Shown here: in pieces, positions 48,597 through 58,270 of the stretch
Layout: each line of letters begins with the position of its first letter
How positions within the stretch are numbered: position 1 is the stretch's first letter
DNA from: Candidatus Poribacteria bacterium
GTDB lineage: Bacteria; Poribacteria; WGA-4E; PCPOR2b
Length of the DNA: 64,000 nt
Assembly (NCBI GenBank): GCA_965116925.1
Contig: OZ220744.1
Span: 2,080,001-2,144,000 of the forward strand
Direction: 5' to 3'
The notes under the pieces: generated by a model
What the model was told of the DNA's origin: nothing
Databases searched by the model: none
Seen by the model: only the letters and a program-made list of their open reading frames with translations
Made by a program: the position numbers and the translations under genes

Positions 48597-48735
48597 TAGG
48601 ACTTACGCACTTGAACGTTCAAAGCGGGCAACCACAAGGGTTGCCCCTACAGTCAGATTTTCGGTTTATAGTCGGGCAAGCCTGTCGGGACGCGCAATGA
48701 ATTGCGCTACTACAAACTGAACTGCGTAACTCCTA
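48597..48735. mobile_element. MITE-like element, family A
   Basis: TAGGACTTACGCA...TGCGTAACTCCTA enclosing GGGCAACCACAAGGGTTGCCCCTAC and GCGCAATGAATTGCGCTACTAC hairpins. Confidence 0.8.
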
Positions 48736-48749
48736 ATTGGGTTTAATTC

Positions 48750-48859
48750 TTATAGTAGGTTTTAGAATTAATGAGACACTCCAGATCGGCGCAGTTGAAA
48801 ACAGCACCTACCAAACATGGGGGGCGAAAGTGTCTATTTATTTTTTGAATTCACTATAA
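48750..48859. mobile_element. MITE-like element, family B, 110 bp
   Basis: Copy of 38566-38675. Confidence 0.8.
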
Positions 48860-48967
48860 AATCTGTTTTCCGGCACATTTTCCACGCCTAAAGATAAAAA
48901 TTGACACGCTATTCCATCTATGTTACGATAAAAAAGTGGCTGATGGTAAGATATGCGGATGGCTGTG

Positions 48968-49354
48968 CTACTGCTTATCTGTCTCATCCCCTTTTTTAGT
49001 TGGTAAGCCCGCCGCTTTCCAGCCTCGGAATCCTCCCGTCAAGACGGAAGCGTTCTTGTATCCCATAATCTGCAAGGTGTGTGCGGACAGCGAACCGCGG
49101 GTGTTACCGCCACAATGCGCGACAATGTACGTGTCCTGATCGGGGGCGAGTTCATCAATTTCTAACTCGATAGCTGCGCGGGGCAGTGAGATGGCACCGG
49201 GCAGATGTTCTGCGTCGTACTGTTCTTTATCACGCACATCTAGGATGACGACGGGGTCGTTGTTATCAATAGCGGTTTTCAGTGTTTCTGCAGCGGTATG
49301 TCCAATCTGTGCTTGGGCTTCAGCAACCAGTTGTTCTAAGGTTTTTCCACGCAT
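48968..49354 (-). CDS. Rhodanese-like sulfurtransferase
   Basis: ILDVRD..Y..EHLPGA, active-site HCGGNTRG, LTGGFRGWKAAGLP; SD AAGGAG before ATG 49354. Confidence 0.9.
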   Translation of the reverse strand: MRGKTLEQLVAEAQAQIGHTAAETLKTAIDNNDPVVILDVRDKEQYDAEHLPGAISLPRAAIELEIDELAPDQDTYIVAHCGGNTRGSLSAHTLQIMGYKNASVLTGGFRGWKAAGLPTKKGDETDKQ

Positions 49355-49461
49355 AATTCTCATCTCCTTATGTGAAAATGTCCTACGCCTTGAGGCACAT
49401 TGAGCGCGTCGATATGAAGGATTAAATGATTCCATTTTATTTTGCAACGATAAATGACCGC

Positions 49462-49490
49462 ATTTTAGCACAGGTCTTAAATATGGTCAA
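49462..49490 (-). promoter_or_regulatory. Sigma70-type promoter for the rhodanese gene
   Basis: Minus strand TTGACC-17 bp-(TGc)TAAAAT. Confidence 0.6.
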
Positions 49491-49610
49491 GCAAGCCCTA
49501 ACATTTTTCACTTCTTTGATTCGGTAGAGATTTCGGATTCGGTTCGCGGTGGATTCCTACCGTGCCTGATCCTGCGTTAATGACATCCCTATTAATGGAG
49601 GTTTTTTTTT

Positions 49611-50066
49611 ATGATACAGTCACTTCAACAATCCGTGCAATCGGTCATCGATGAGGGACGAATTGGCAGTCCTGTGTTTTTACGCTGCATCGTGTACGCA
49701 CCGATCGAAGCGGCGGACACAGTGGAGGGGATTGCCGCCTTGACTGGGGTTGCCAATAATTGGATGCCCGATCTGCCAGAACAGGTCTACGCCTTAGACA
49801 ACGCGGACAAAACACAGATTACCGCGATGGTGAAGTATGCCGGCGGACAGTCTGCGCTGCTAAGTGTGAATCGTCTCCCAGCAGGTGGAGAGGTAACTGT
49901 CGATTTAAGATTAGTTGGAAACAACGGGATCATCTATCATGAAACGCCTACGGGGCCGTATCGCCTCATGAATGAGCCTCTCAGCTTCAGTGGTGGGGAA
50001 GATATAGTAGATGCGATTCGTCAGGGATTAGAAACAAAACAGCCAATCAGCGTGACGGAGGGTTAA
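49611..50066 (+). CDS. Hypothetical protein resembling a stand-alone Gfo/Idh/MocA C-terminal domain
   Basis: SD GGAGG; VQSVIDEGRIGSPVFLR and P.QVYA...LRLVGNNG resemble the C-terminal half of Gfo/Idh/MocA. Coupled to the next gene. Confidence 0.6.
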   Translation: MIQSLQQSVQSVIDEGRIGSPVFLRCIVYAPIEAADTVEGIAALTGVANNWMPDLPEQVYALDNADKTQITAMVKYAGGQSALLSVNRLPAGGEVTVDLRLVGNNGIIYHETPTGPYRLMNEPLSFSGGEDIVDAIRQGLETKQPISVTEG

Positions 50067-50067
50067 A

Positions 50068-51213
50068 ATGAAAAACGGAAGATACGGCGTATTGGTGATA
50101 GGTGGACGACGGACGCACCAGGAAAGCTATGCCCGCTGCTTTGCCGAGGATGAGCGGTGTGAACTGATAGCAGCCTCAGATGAACTTGATGCGCCGCCTG
50201 AATATGTCAAATTGAATCGACAGCTTGCCGAAGACCTGCAAATTCCTTATATTCCGGATATAGACGAAGCGTTGGCACGTGATGATGTCGATATCGTCAG
50301 TTCGTGTGTCCAGAACGAGCGGCGGGGGCGTGTGAACGTGAAATGTGCAGAGGCTGGAAAGCATCTCTACTTGGATAAACCGTTGGCAATGAGTGTTGAA
50401 GATGCCCAAGCGATTACAGCGGCGGTGCAGAAGGCAGGTATTTGTAACCAGATGTTCAGCAACATGCACACGCCATGGGCGCAAGCTGCCAAAAAGGCGT
50501 TGAATGATGGTGAAATCGGAGATCTCCGCGCCATCCACTGTGATGTACTCTTCGCTAAGGGACATGTTGGAACCGCACCCGTGGGGAAAAAAAGAATAGA
50601 AAAGCCGACCGTCGATAGATACACCTTCATTGAGGCGAAGCGGGAGATGTTTGATGTTGGCATCTATCCTGTATCACTGATTAATTGGCTGACGCAGAAA
50701 CGGGTTACAACGGTTTTTGGTACTACTGCCAACTTCTTCTTTGAAGAACACATCGCATGTGGTATTGAGGACTTTGGTGCGTTGATGATGACGCTGGAGG
50801 ATGGCGTTGTAGCAACCATCATCGGTGGACGTGCGGGGTGGATGAGCCATCCGAAAGGCGGGGTGCAGCGGCTGCATCTCATCGGTACGCGTGGCACATT
50901 GGCATTTGACGGCGCGCAACCGCGTCTTGAGGTGTTCGCTGACGAAGAACCTTTCCAACAAACGCCGCCGCATCCGATGGATCCAATGGGCATGTGGTCG
51001 AGCACACAGACCGAATCGGGGATGATCCCTAAACGTCAGTGGGTTGCTGTGAATCAGGCAGCCGAAGGGCAGGGACCCGATATGGTGGGGTTTGTGGATT
51101 GCATCGAAGCGGGGAGAGAGAGCGAGATGAACGCCGCGGTCGCCGCACAATCGGTCGCTGTCATTCGTGCCGGATACGAATCGGCAGCCAATGGCGAAAT
51201 TATCACGCTTTGA
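50068..51213 (+). CDS. Gfo/Idh/MocA family oxidoreductase
   Basis: AGKHLYLDKPLA, GEIGDLRAI, MFDVGIYP, EDFG. Confidence 0.88.
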   Translation: MKNGRYGVLVIGGRRTHQESYARCFAEDERCELIAASDELDAPPEYVKLNRQLAEDLQIPYIPDIDEALARDDVDIVSSCVQNERRGRVNVKCAEAGKHLYLDKPLAMSVEDAQAITAAVQKAGICNQMFSNMHTPWAQAAKKALNDGEIGDLRAIHCDVLFAKGHVGTAPVGKKRIEKPTVDRYTFIEAKREMFDVGIYPVSLINWLTQKRVTTVFGTTANFFFEEHIACGIEDFGALMMTLEDGVVATIIGGRAGWMSHPKGGVQRLHLIGTRGTLAFDGAQPRLEVFADEEPFQQTPPHPMDPMGMWSSTQTESGMIPKRQWVAVNQAAEGQGPDMVGFVDCIEAGRESEMNAAVAAQSVAVIRAGYESAANGEIITL

Positions 51214-51330
51214 AATTCAACCGCTTGTTTGTTCCTTAAGCCTTTAATCCCTTTGTACCCATGAACAACTGAATTCGCGTTTCACGTGGTGTCTTTTACG
51301 CATTACGTTTCACTTGAATGGAGTCTAGCC

Positions 51331-53400
51331 ATGCGAACTTTTGGTGCCAATGTTAATGGTTACCACGACGTTTCAGATCAGATGATTGATAATCTGCGTC
51401 GACGGGCAGAAGCGCACTTCCGTCGGCAGGAAGTAGAAAAAGCAGGGTTGACATCGATCGCTGCTTTTGAGGAACACCGCAAACGGGTGCGCGATCACTT
51501 TATGACCGCTATCGGTGGATTGCCGGAAGAACGTACACCGTTGAACGTGCAATGTACGGGTAGCGTCGATCGCGGTGGATTTACAATCGAGAAGTTAATC
51601 TATGAAAGCCTGCCCGAATTTTATGTCACGGCTGCACTGTACCTCCCGAAAGGCATCGTCTCTCCCCAACCCGCCGTTGTTTTCGTGCATGGACATAGTG
51701 ATCTTGGAAAGTCTTATCCGGTCTATCAGGCGGTGTGCGTTGACCTTGCTGCGAACGGCTTTGTCGTGCTTGCGGTTGATCCACCGGGTCAGGGTGAGCG
51801 ATTTCAGTATTTCGATCCAGAAAAAGGTGAGCGGATTATTGGTGGTTGCACAACGGAGCACACCTACGCTGGACTACAATTTACCCTCGGCGGTGCTAGC
51901 ATCGGTCGGCATTTTATTTGGGACGTTATGCGCGGCATTGATTACTTGGAAACACGTCCAGAGGTTGACCCGACGCGCATCGGCTTAACTGGCAATTCGG
52001 GCGGAGGCACCCAATCCTGCTTGCTGATGATGAGCGAACCGCGCTTTGCGATATCCGTGCCGTGTACTTTCGTTATGACGTTGGAGTCTTACATGAAAAC
52101 GGGACAGGCACAGGACAGCGAACAGATTGTGCCGGGCTGTTTCGTCAACGGACCTGACCATGACGATTATATCACCGCTATGGCACCGAAGCCGGTACTC
52201 GTCGGTGCAGCAGCTTACGACTACTTCCCAATTGAAGGCGCGATCGAAGCTGTGGAAAGAGCCAAGCGGATCTATTCTCTCTATGATGCCGAAGACAAAG
52301 TTGACATCGCAATTGCCCCGACGCGGCATCAGTATTCCTCATATCTGCGTGAAGCGTGTGTCAACTGGTACAAGCGGCATTTTCGCGGTGAATCGCCCGA
52401 CTTTACAACCGGTGAATTGGAAACTTTGCCTGATGAGGCACTCTGGGCAACACCAAACGGTCAAGTACTTGATCTGTATCCGAACAGTAGAACGGTGTTC
52501 GACCTTAACAGGGAACGGTTAGAAGTCTCACATGTCTCCGGATTTGGGATTAACCACAGTGTAGGTCAGAATGGGTACGATACAGATCAGATGCGAGAAA
52601 CAGTCACGGAAGTTCTCGGAATTCCAGAGGGACGTAATCAAAAGATCTATCCTCGCATTGTCGCTGAAAATGTCGTTGATGGTTACCAGACGGAGGAGAT
52701 TTTTTTCTTCAGCGAACCCAATATCGTGGTTACCGGGACCTTCATCCACCCACTTGAAGGAACTACTGTTGAACAGACCGACCTGATTCTGTTTGAAAAT
52801 GGCACAAACGATACCCCTGACAAACAGGAATGGCTCGAAGCGCGGCTTGCATCCGGTCGCCAGTTGTTTGTCTTTGACCCGCGTGGCATCGGCGGTGTGC
52901 AGGCGCGCCCGTTCAATCGAGGCGGCAATCCGCATGGAAGCGAATATAAACTCGGTTCGGATGCCATGATGCTCGGTATCTCAACGATGGGCTTACGCGT
53001 CTTTGACATCCTGCGTGGATATGACTATCTCCGCACACGGGCAGATGTTGATCAGATCGGGCTATACGGAATCGGCAAAAGTGCGTTTTACGCCTACTTC
53101 GCTGGGGTGTTAGAGGACGGATTTGCATCGCTCGAATTTGAAGATCTGCTCTACTCATATCGCAACCTGACGAACACGCGCTACTACGATCAAGAACGCT
53201 ACGATCTCGAAGTCATGGCGTGGGGAATCCTACGACACTTCGATCTGGTGGAGTTGGCAGCGTGCTTTGGAAATCGTCCCGTCCAATGGGTTGCACCGAG
53301 AAATGCCAAAGGGGAAATTTTGACAGATGAAGTGTTTGATCGAGAATTTCTCACTGCTGCGAGGGAACGGGGATATTTGGGTGAAGGGACAAGGGCGTGA
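51331..53400 (+). CDS. Tandem alpha/beta-hydrolase (acetylxylan esterase/glucuronoyl esterase-like)
   Basis: VHGH, DPPGQGER, RIGLTGNSGGG nucleophile; second degenerate hydrolase domain (DPRGIG, LYGIGKSA). Confidence 0.82.
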   Translation: MRTFGANVNGYHDVSDQMIDNLRRRAEAHFRRQEVEKAGLTSIAAFEEHRKRVRDHFMTAIGGLPEERTPLNVQCTGSVDRGGFTIEKLIYESLPEFYVTAALYLPKGIVSPQPAVVFVHGHSDLGKSYPVYQAVCVDLAANGFVVLAVDPPGQGERFQYFDPEKGERIIGGCTTEHTYAGLQFTLGGASIGRHFIWDVMRGIDYLETRPEVDPTRIGLTGNSGGGTQSCLLMMSEPRFAISVPCTFVMTLESYMKTGQAQDSEQIVPGCFVNGPDHDDYITAMAPKPVLVGAAAYDYFPIEGAIEAVERAKRIYSLYDAEDKVDIAIAPTRHQYSSYLREACVNWYKRHFRGESPDFTTGELETLPDEALWATPNGQVLDLYPNSRTVFDLNRERLEVSHVSGFGINHSVGQNGYDTDQMRETVTEVLGIPEGRNQKIYPRIVAENVVDGYQTEEIFFFSEPNIVVTGTFIHPLEGTTVEQTDLILFENGTNDTPDKQEWLEARLASGRQLFVFDPRGIGGVQARPFNRGGNPHGSEYKLGSDAMMLGISTMGLRVFDILRGYDYLRTRADVDQIGLYGIGKSAFYAYFAGVLEDGFASLEFEDLLYSYRNLTNTRYYDQERYDLEVMAWGILRHFDLVELAACFGNRPVQWVAPRNAKGEILTDEVFDREFLTAARERGYLGEGTRA

Positions 53401-53455
53401 ATATTTCGACGAGAGATAGGTGCACTGAATAAAGGTTCGCTTTTCTGTTTTGCTA

Positions 53456-53484
53456 TTGACGCTCGCTTAGGGGAATGTTATACT
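53456..53484 (+). promoter_or_regulatory. Sigma70-type promoter
   Basis: TTGACG-17 bp-(TGt)TATACT. Confidence 0.65.
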
Positions 53485-53572
53485 GCCTTGAATCGCTAAA
53501 TTGAAAGTGGCAAGCCATTATCAGTCTTTTGCTGTACAAACGAATTCAGGGCTTCTACGAAGCGGAGGATGT

Positions 53573-55807
53573 ATGAACCGGAAGTTTATCCTGTTTTTAA
53601 TCAGTTTTTTCCTGTTATGGGGATGCCAGTCCCAAGATCAGAATACACAGCCAACCTCGAAACCGAAATCTCAACCGGAATCCCAGCTAAAAAGCCCACC
53701 TGTCGTTCCTGCGGTGCCGACCCGTCCCGAAGATTGGCCCATGTTCATGTACGATTTGCACTTTTCTGGTAGAAGCCCTGATCAAACACTCAAACCCCCG
53801 CTCAAGCTACTTTGGAAATATAAAACCGGTGGTCCCATTCAAGCAAGTCCTGTTGTTGCCAACGGCACGGTGTACGTCGCCTCCACAGACCACTGGCTTT
53901 ACGCGCTCGACGCAAAGCAATGGGGAATCAAATGGAGATTCAAAGCTGGTGGTATAATCCGATACGCGCCAGCAATTTGGAATAACCGTGTCTATTTTAG
54001 TGCACGAAACAATCATGTTTACGCTCTCAACGCTGAAACTGGTGAATGGCTTTGGGAATTTCGATCGGAAACGTGGATGGATTCTCCGCCGATCTTGTCG
54101 AAGGGAAGACTATATATTGGGGCGTATACCAAGAAGATCCACGTTATTAATGCGACAACCGGTGAACTAGAATCGCAGCCGCAGGGACGGGTATATATTG
54201 ATGGGATTGAATACGTATGTTCTCGAGGGCAGCTGCGTCCCATCTCACCTCAGCATAACGTCAACGCTTGGCGCGAGCTCACACCGCTAACTTACAGCTA
54301 TCCCGCAACCGCCAACGGTGTGGTGTATATCGGGGCGCGGGACAATCAGATTCACGCCTTAGATATTGAATCGCGTGAGGAGATCTGGTCTTATCCAACG
54401 AAAGGTTTTATTGATGCTGCGCCCGCTATTTCCGACGGAGTACTTTATGTGACATCGGATGATGGGTATGTATACGCCTTTACCAATCAGGAAGGTGAGG
54501 ATCCTCAAGTCCTACCACAGGAACGGACCGCCCAAACCTCGCCGGAGGAACGTCCAATCGGCACGGTGGTGCGTGATCAAGCTCCCGTTTATACGGAAAG
54601 GGATGCAGAATCTCCTATCAAACTGACCCTCAATGACGGAGTGGTGCTTCCAATTTTGAATCAAACAGAGGGGTGGTATGAGATTGAGCTTCCAAACGGC
54701 GAAGTGGGTTGGATGGACAGGGGCGGGATAGGTGTGTTTGTAGAGGCGGATGACATCCATTTCAACACAGCAATCTGTAAGTACAATCGGACATTGGCAT
54801 TGATTCAAGGGGCGGAATATCCCCACTGGTCTCCTCGTGGAAAAAGGCTTGCGTTTTTGAAGCGGACCAACCTGTCCGGGCAGTATTGGCAGGCGAGCGA
54901 GCTTTGGATTTCTGATGCTTGGGCAAAGCAAGCTCGGCCTTTGCATAAAGGTGTCTTTTTCAATCCCCATCTTTCGTGGTCACTTGATTCTAATTTTATT
55001 GCCTTTGAGGCTTACGATGAGTCAAATGAGAGTTATATCTGGGCAATTGATTGGCAAACGTTGCGCCTAATTAAGTTAGTCCGAGGCGACGCGCCTGCCT
55101 GGTCCCCAACCGCCAATCAAATTGCATTTAGACGTTGGGAAGACGGGACAGATGTCCTTTATCGGATTAATATCGACAAAACGGGCCTTACGGCAATGGC
55201 GAGAGTTCCAATTGATGGACGGATTGTACCGTTCAGCTATTTGGATCCGCCGGTGTGGTCTCCCGACGGCAAGCGTATCGCAGTTGGGCTAGACCACCAG
55301 CATTATCAGTCCGGGCATTCTCGGATTCGGATCCATAATGTGGATGGAACCAAGTTCGGGGAGATTCCTACCCAATCTCAGCGCGTTACAGAGATCGCAT
55401 GGTCGCCGGATGGTTCGCATCTAGCTTACGTGCTTCGGGGCAATCCAACACCAGATCCTGCACTTGATAAACAGCTGCATATTGTCAATGTTTCCGCGAT
55501 GGAATCCGCTAATACCGTTGGTAATAGGCAAGTTCTGAAGCATACTTCTCCGTCATGGTCGCCGCAAGGAAATCGGCTCGCATACATGGAACGCGAGGAT
55601 TGTATGGGGCTGCGTTGGAAAGTATGGATTCTGGACCGGGATACGAATCGTACCCTGCCGGTGGCGCGGACAACACTCTCTTTGACTGCTGTTACTTGGT
55701 TGCCGGATGGTCAACGTCTGTGTTTATGGCATACGTCAGAGTATTTGCGCGGTGGAGAGTACAAACCTGCCAAGACGAGAGGCTGGATTGTGGAAATCAA
55801 TCAATGA
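53573..55807 (+). CDS. Lipoprotein with PQQ-type (BamB-like) propeller, SH3b domain and TolB/PD40-like propeller
   Basis: Lipobox LWGC, WPMF, repeated SP.V....VY....D..LYALDA..W, GWYEIELPNGEVGW, repeated P.WSPDG; SD GGAGG. Confidence 0.82.
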   Translation: MNRKFILFLISFFLLWGCQSQDQNTQPTSKPKSQPESQLKSPPVVPAVPTRPEDWPMFMYDLHFSGRSPDQTLKPPLKLLWKYKTGGPIQASPVVANGTVYVASTDHWLYALDAKQWGIKWRFKAGGIIRYAPAIWNNRVYFSARNNHVYALNAETGEWLWEFRSETWMDSPPILSKGRLYIGAYTKKIHVINATTGELESQPQGRVYIDGIEYVCSRGQLRPISPQHNVNAWRELTPLTYSYPATANGVVYIGARDNQIHALDIESREEIWSYPTKGFIDAAPAISDGVLYVTSDDGYVYAFTNQEGEDPQVLPQERTAQTSPEERPIGTVVRDQAPVYTERDAESPIKLTLNDGVVLPILNQTEGWYEIELPNGEVGWMDRGGIGVFVEADDIHFNTAICKYNRTLALIQGAEYPHWSPRGKRLAFLKRTNLSGQYWQASELWISDAWAKQARPLHKGVFFNPHLSWSLDSNFIAFEAYDESNESYIWAIDWQTLRLIKLVRGDAPAWSPTANQIAFRRWEDGTDVLYRINIDKTGLTAMARVPIDGRIVPFSYLDPPVWSPDGKRIAVGLDHQHYQSGHSRIRIHNVDGTKFGEIPTQSQRVTEIAWSPDGSHLAYVLRGNPTPDPALDKQLHIVNVSAMESANTVGNRQVLKHTSPSWSPQGNRLAYMEREDCMGLRWKVWILDRDTNRTLPVARTTLSLTAVTWLPDGQRLCLWHTSEYLRGGEYKPAKTRGWIVEINQ

Positions 55808-55862
55808 GCAGATTGTGGGAGATCCAAGGACTCAGCAACCCCAGTGACGGAAAGGAATCACA

Positions 55863-56930
55863 ATGAAACAACTCATCTTTGATGACATCTACAGTTGGTC
55901 AATTTTCAGCGATATGCGTCAAGTTGATTTCAACGGACATTTATGGGTTCGTCCTGAGGGCAACATTCTCATAGATCCTGTCCCAATGATTGATTCGGAT
56001 TTGAACCAGTTTGATAAACTCGGTGGTGCGCGGCTAATCGTGCTTACCAATGCTGACCATGAGCGGGAAGCGGAGTTCTTTCGGCAACGCACAGGGGCGG
56101 ATATTGTAATCCACGAGGCGGATATGGCTGCGTTAGAGGTTGCGGCAAACCGTCAAATCACCGATGGTGAGGAGATTGTGCCGGGGTTGCAGGCAATCCA
56201 TCTGCGTTACGGAAAAAGTCCGGGTGAGATCGCACTCTACTTCCCCGAAAAGCGTGCGGTGCTGTCGGGTGATCTCATTGTTGGATCCCCAATTGGCTCG
56301 TTGACGCTGCTAGCAGATGAAAAGTTAGTGGATCCACCGAAAGCCGCGTTGGAACTGCGAAAAATCCTCGCTTTGCCCTTTGACGCGATTTTGGTTGGAG
56401 ATGGCCACTCAATTCTCCAAAATGCCCGTCAGCGATTGACCGAATGCCTCCAACAGCGCACAGATATCTACATTAATCGAATCAACATTGATGAGATTGA
56501 TTGGGCTAAACGCGATGCCCCCGAACCGTACGACTTTGAGGATAAAGATATTGATCCACTCATTGGGGCGCAGCTGTTAGGATATCGACTCATCCGCCTG
56601 CACCCCAACAACGCCAGTTTCCCCATGCACTTTCATCACTTCAGCGACGAGATGTTCTATGTCATGGAGGGAGAGTGTACGCTCAAAACACCGCGGGGCG
56701 ATCTGACGATTACCACCGGAGATTTTATCGCCTTTCCGCCGGGGGAGGCGGGTGCCCACAAAATAGTCAATACGGGGCAGGCACCGTGCACGGTACTGGC
56801 GGTAGGGATGAGTCAACCACACGGTGTCAGCGAGTATCCGGATTCCAATAAAGTCTTCCCTTATGTTTCTGGACGGTTGTTCCGCAAAGATAATAATGTG
56901 AGTTACTGGGACGGTGAGGTGGAAGAATAA
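55863..56930 (+). CDS. MBL-fold domain + cupin fusion protein
   Basis: LTNADHER, GKSPGE, LSGD, LVGDG; cupin PMHFHHFSDEMFYVMEG...GDFIAFPPG..GAH. Confidence 0.82.
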   Translation: MKQLIFDDIYSWSIFSDMRQVDFNGHLWVRPEGNILIDPVPMIDSDLNQFDKLGGARLIVLTNADHEREAEFFRQRTGADIVIHEADMAALEVAANRQITDGEEIVPGLQAIHLRYGKSPGEIALYFPEKRAVLSGDLIVGSPIGSLTLLADEKLVDPPKAALELRKILALPFDAILVGDGHSILQNARQRLTECLQQRTDIYINRINIDEIDWAKRDAPEPYDFEDKDIDPLIGAQLLGYRLIRLHPNNASFPMHFHHFSDEMFYVMEGECTLKTPRGDLTITTGDFIAFPPGEAGAHKIVNTGQAPCTVLAVGMSQPHGVSEYPDSNKVFPYVSGRLFRKDNNVSYWDGEVEE

Positions 56931-56958
56931 GCAGCTATTCAAAATGTCTCACGGGTTG

Positions 56959-57048
56959 GCTCATGTTAAGAAACCGTGCAACAGAAACCGAGTTTTTTCG
57001 GCAAAACTCGGTTTCTCTGTGCACTTTGCACTTTCTTTTGACATGAGC
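56959..57048. mobile_element. MITE-like element, family C
   Basis: TIR GCTCATGTTAAGAAA...TTTCTTTTGACATGAGC with internal hairpin AGAAACCGAGTTTT..AAAACTCGGTTTCT. Confidence 0.7.
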
Positions 57049-57060
57049 CCAAGAGCTTTA

Positions 57061-57946
57061 GAACCTGTTTTAAAAAGATCCATTCTACTCAAGAGTTCAT
57101 GTTTACGTTTATTCATTGGAGCTGTAAATACCATTCCAATGAAAGGGCTAAACATGACCCAAACAACCTATCCCACAGATTTGACCGATGCCCAGTGGGA
57201 CAACCTGTTACCCTATCTGCCAGAACCTTCACCGGTAGGCAGACCACTCAAATGGGGGTTGCGCGCAATTATCAACGCTATTTTTTATGTAGTCAAATCC
57301 GGCTGTCAATGGCGAATGCTCCCCCATCAGATGCCACCATGGCAAACGGTCTATTCCCGTTTCAGAAAATGGAAAACTGATGGCACATGGATTCTGATTC
57401 ATCAAGCACTTCATAACCAAATCCGTTGTGATATTGGCAAAGCCCCTTCACCGACAGTCGCTATCATTGACAGCCAATCGGTCAAGACGACCGAACTGGC
57501 AGATAGTAGCGGCTTTGATGCACATAAGAAAGTCAAAGGGCGTAAACGTCATATAGTCACCGATACCATTGGCATCCCATTGGGAGTCAAGGTCACCGAT
57601 GCCAATGTCAGTGATAATCAAGTCGCAATAGAGTTACTCAAAGAGGTCTTTAATTGGCACATAACGATTCAATTAGTCTGTGCTGATGCTGGTTATCGTG
57701 GAGAATTAGGTGACTGGTTATATATGGCGCATCAGTGTCGATTGGACATTGCGCCATCTGTTAAGCAATCAGGATTTACAGGGGTCCCATTGCGATGGAT
57801 TGTGGAGCGCACCTTTTCTTGGTTCGCTTGGTTTCGCCGATTGACTGTGGACTATGAACGGTCTGCTCAGACTGCTGAAGCTATGGTGTATATTGCTTCC
57901 ATTTACTTGATGCAAAACCATATCAAATGAATTTTAAAACAGGCTC
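57061..57946 (+). mobile_element. IS5-family insertion sequence (IS1031 group), 886 bp
   Basis: TIRs GAACCTGTTTTAAAA / TTTTAAAACAGGCTC, flanked by TTA direct repeats (57058-60 and 57947-49). Confidence 0.92.
57154..57930 (+). CDS. IS5-family DDE transposase
   Basis: YPTDLTDAQW, GCQWRMLP, IDSQSVKT, KGRKRH, ADAGY, RWIVERTFSW; single intact ORF. Confidence 0.95.
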   Translation: MTQTTYPTDLTDAQWDNLLPYLPEPSPVGRPLKWGLRAIINAIFYVVKSGCQWRMLPHQMPPWQTVYSRFRKWKTDGTWILIHQALHNQIRCDIGKAPSPTVAIIDSQSVKTTELADSSGFDAHKKVKGRKRHIVTDTIGIPLGVKVTDANVSDNQVAIELLKEVFNWHITIQLVCADAGYRGELGDWLYMAHQCRLDIAPSVKQSGFTGVPLRWIVERTFSWFAWFRRLTVDYERSAQTAEAMVYIASIYLMQNHIK

Positions 57947-57975
57947 TTAACCATCGGAAGGCTAGTTGTTATAAG

Positions 57976-58266
57976 TCATGTGTTGCGTTCCGTTTTGTCC
58001 ATTGGCTGCGCGGAGAGATCGGTTCGTGGGGGAATATCCCACGAGATATGACCACATACCGGACACTCGAGTTCTGCTTCAACAAGATTCCTAAACTTTC
58101 CTGTTTTCCGCGGCTTTCGTTGGGTGTTGCACTGTGGGCAGCGAACAGATCGTAAATCGTAAGATTCACCGCGCCCGAAACGGGTTAAGAGATAGAAAAG
58201 TCCCCAAATCGCTCCCACGATAGCAATACAGCAAAGGATAAAAAGTAGGAAAGGGACAATCTCCAT
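57976..58266 (-). CDS. Small membrane protein with C4 zinc ribbon
   Basis: N-terminal TM helix, CPQC...CPVCG; coupled to the upstream gene. Confidence 0.6.
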   Translation of the reverse strand: MEIVPFLLFILCCIAIVGAIWGLFYLLTRFGRGESYDLRSVRCPQCNTQRKPRKTGKFRNLVEAELECPVCGHISWDIPPRTDLSAQPMDKTERNT

Positions 58267-58270
58267 TCTC

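Noticed and set aside
48572..48900. Glycine riboswitch upstream of the AGCS symporter
   Set aside because: The region is filled by MITEs A and B; no GGAGA...CCGAAG...CTCTCAGG aptamer pattern was seen.
56914..57153. 80-aa N-terminal extension of the transposase
   Set aside because: It runs through MITE C and outside the IS left end; the real start is ATG 57154.
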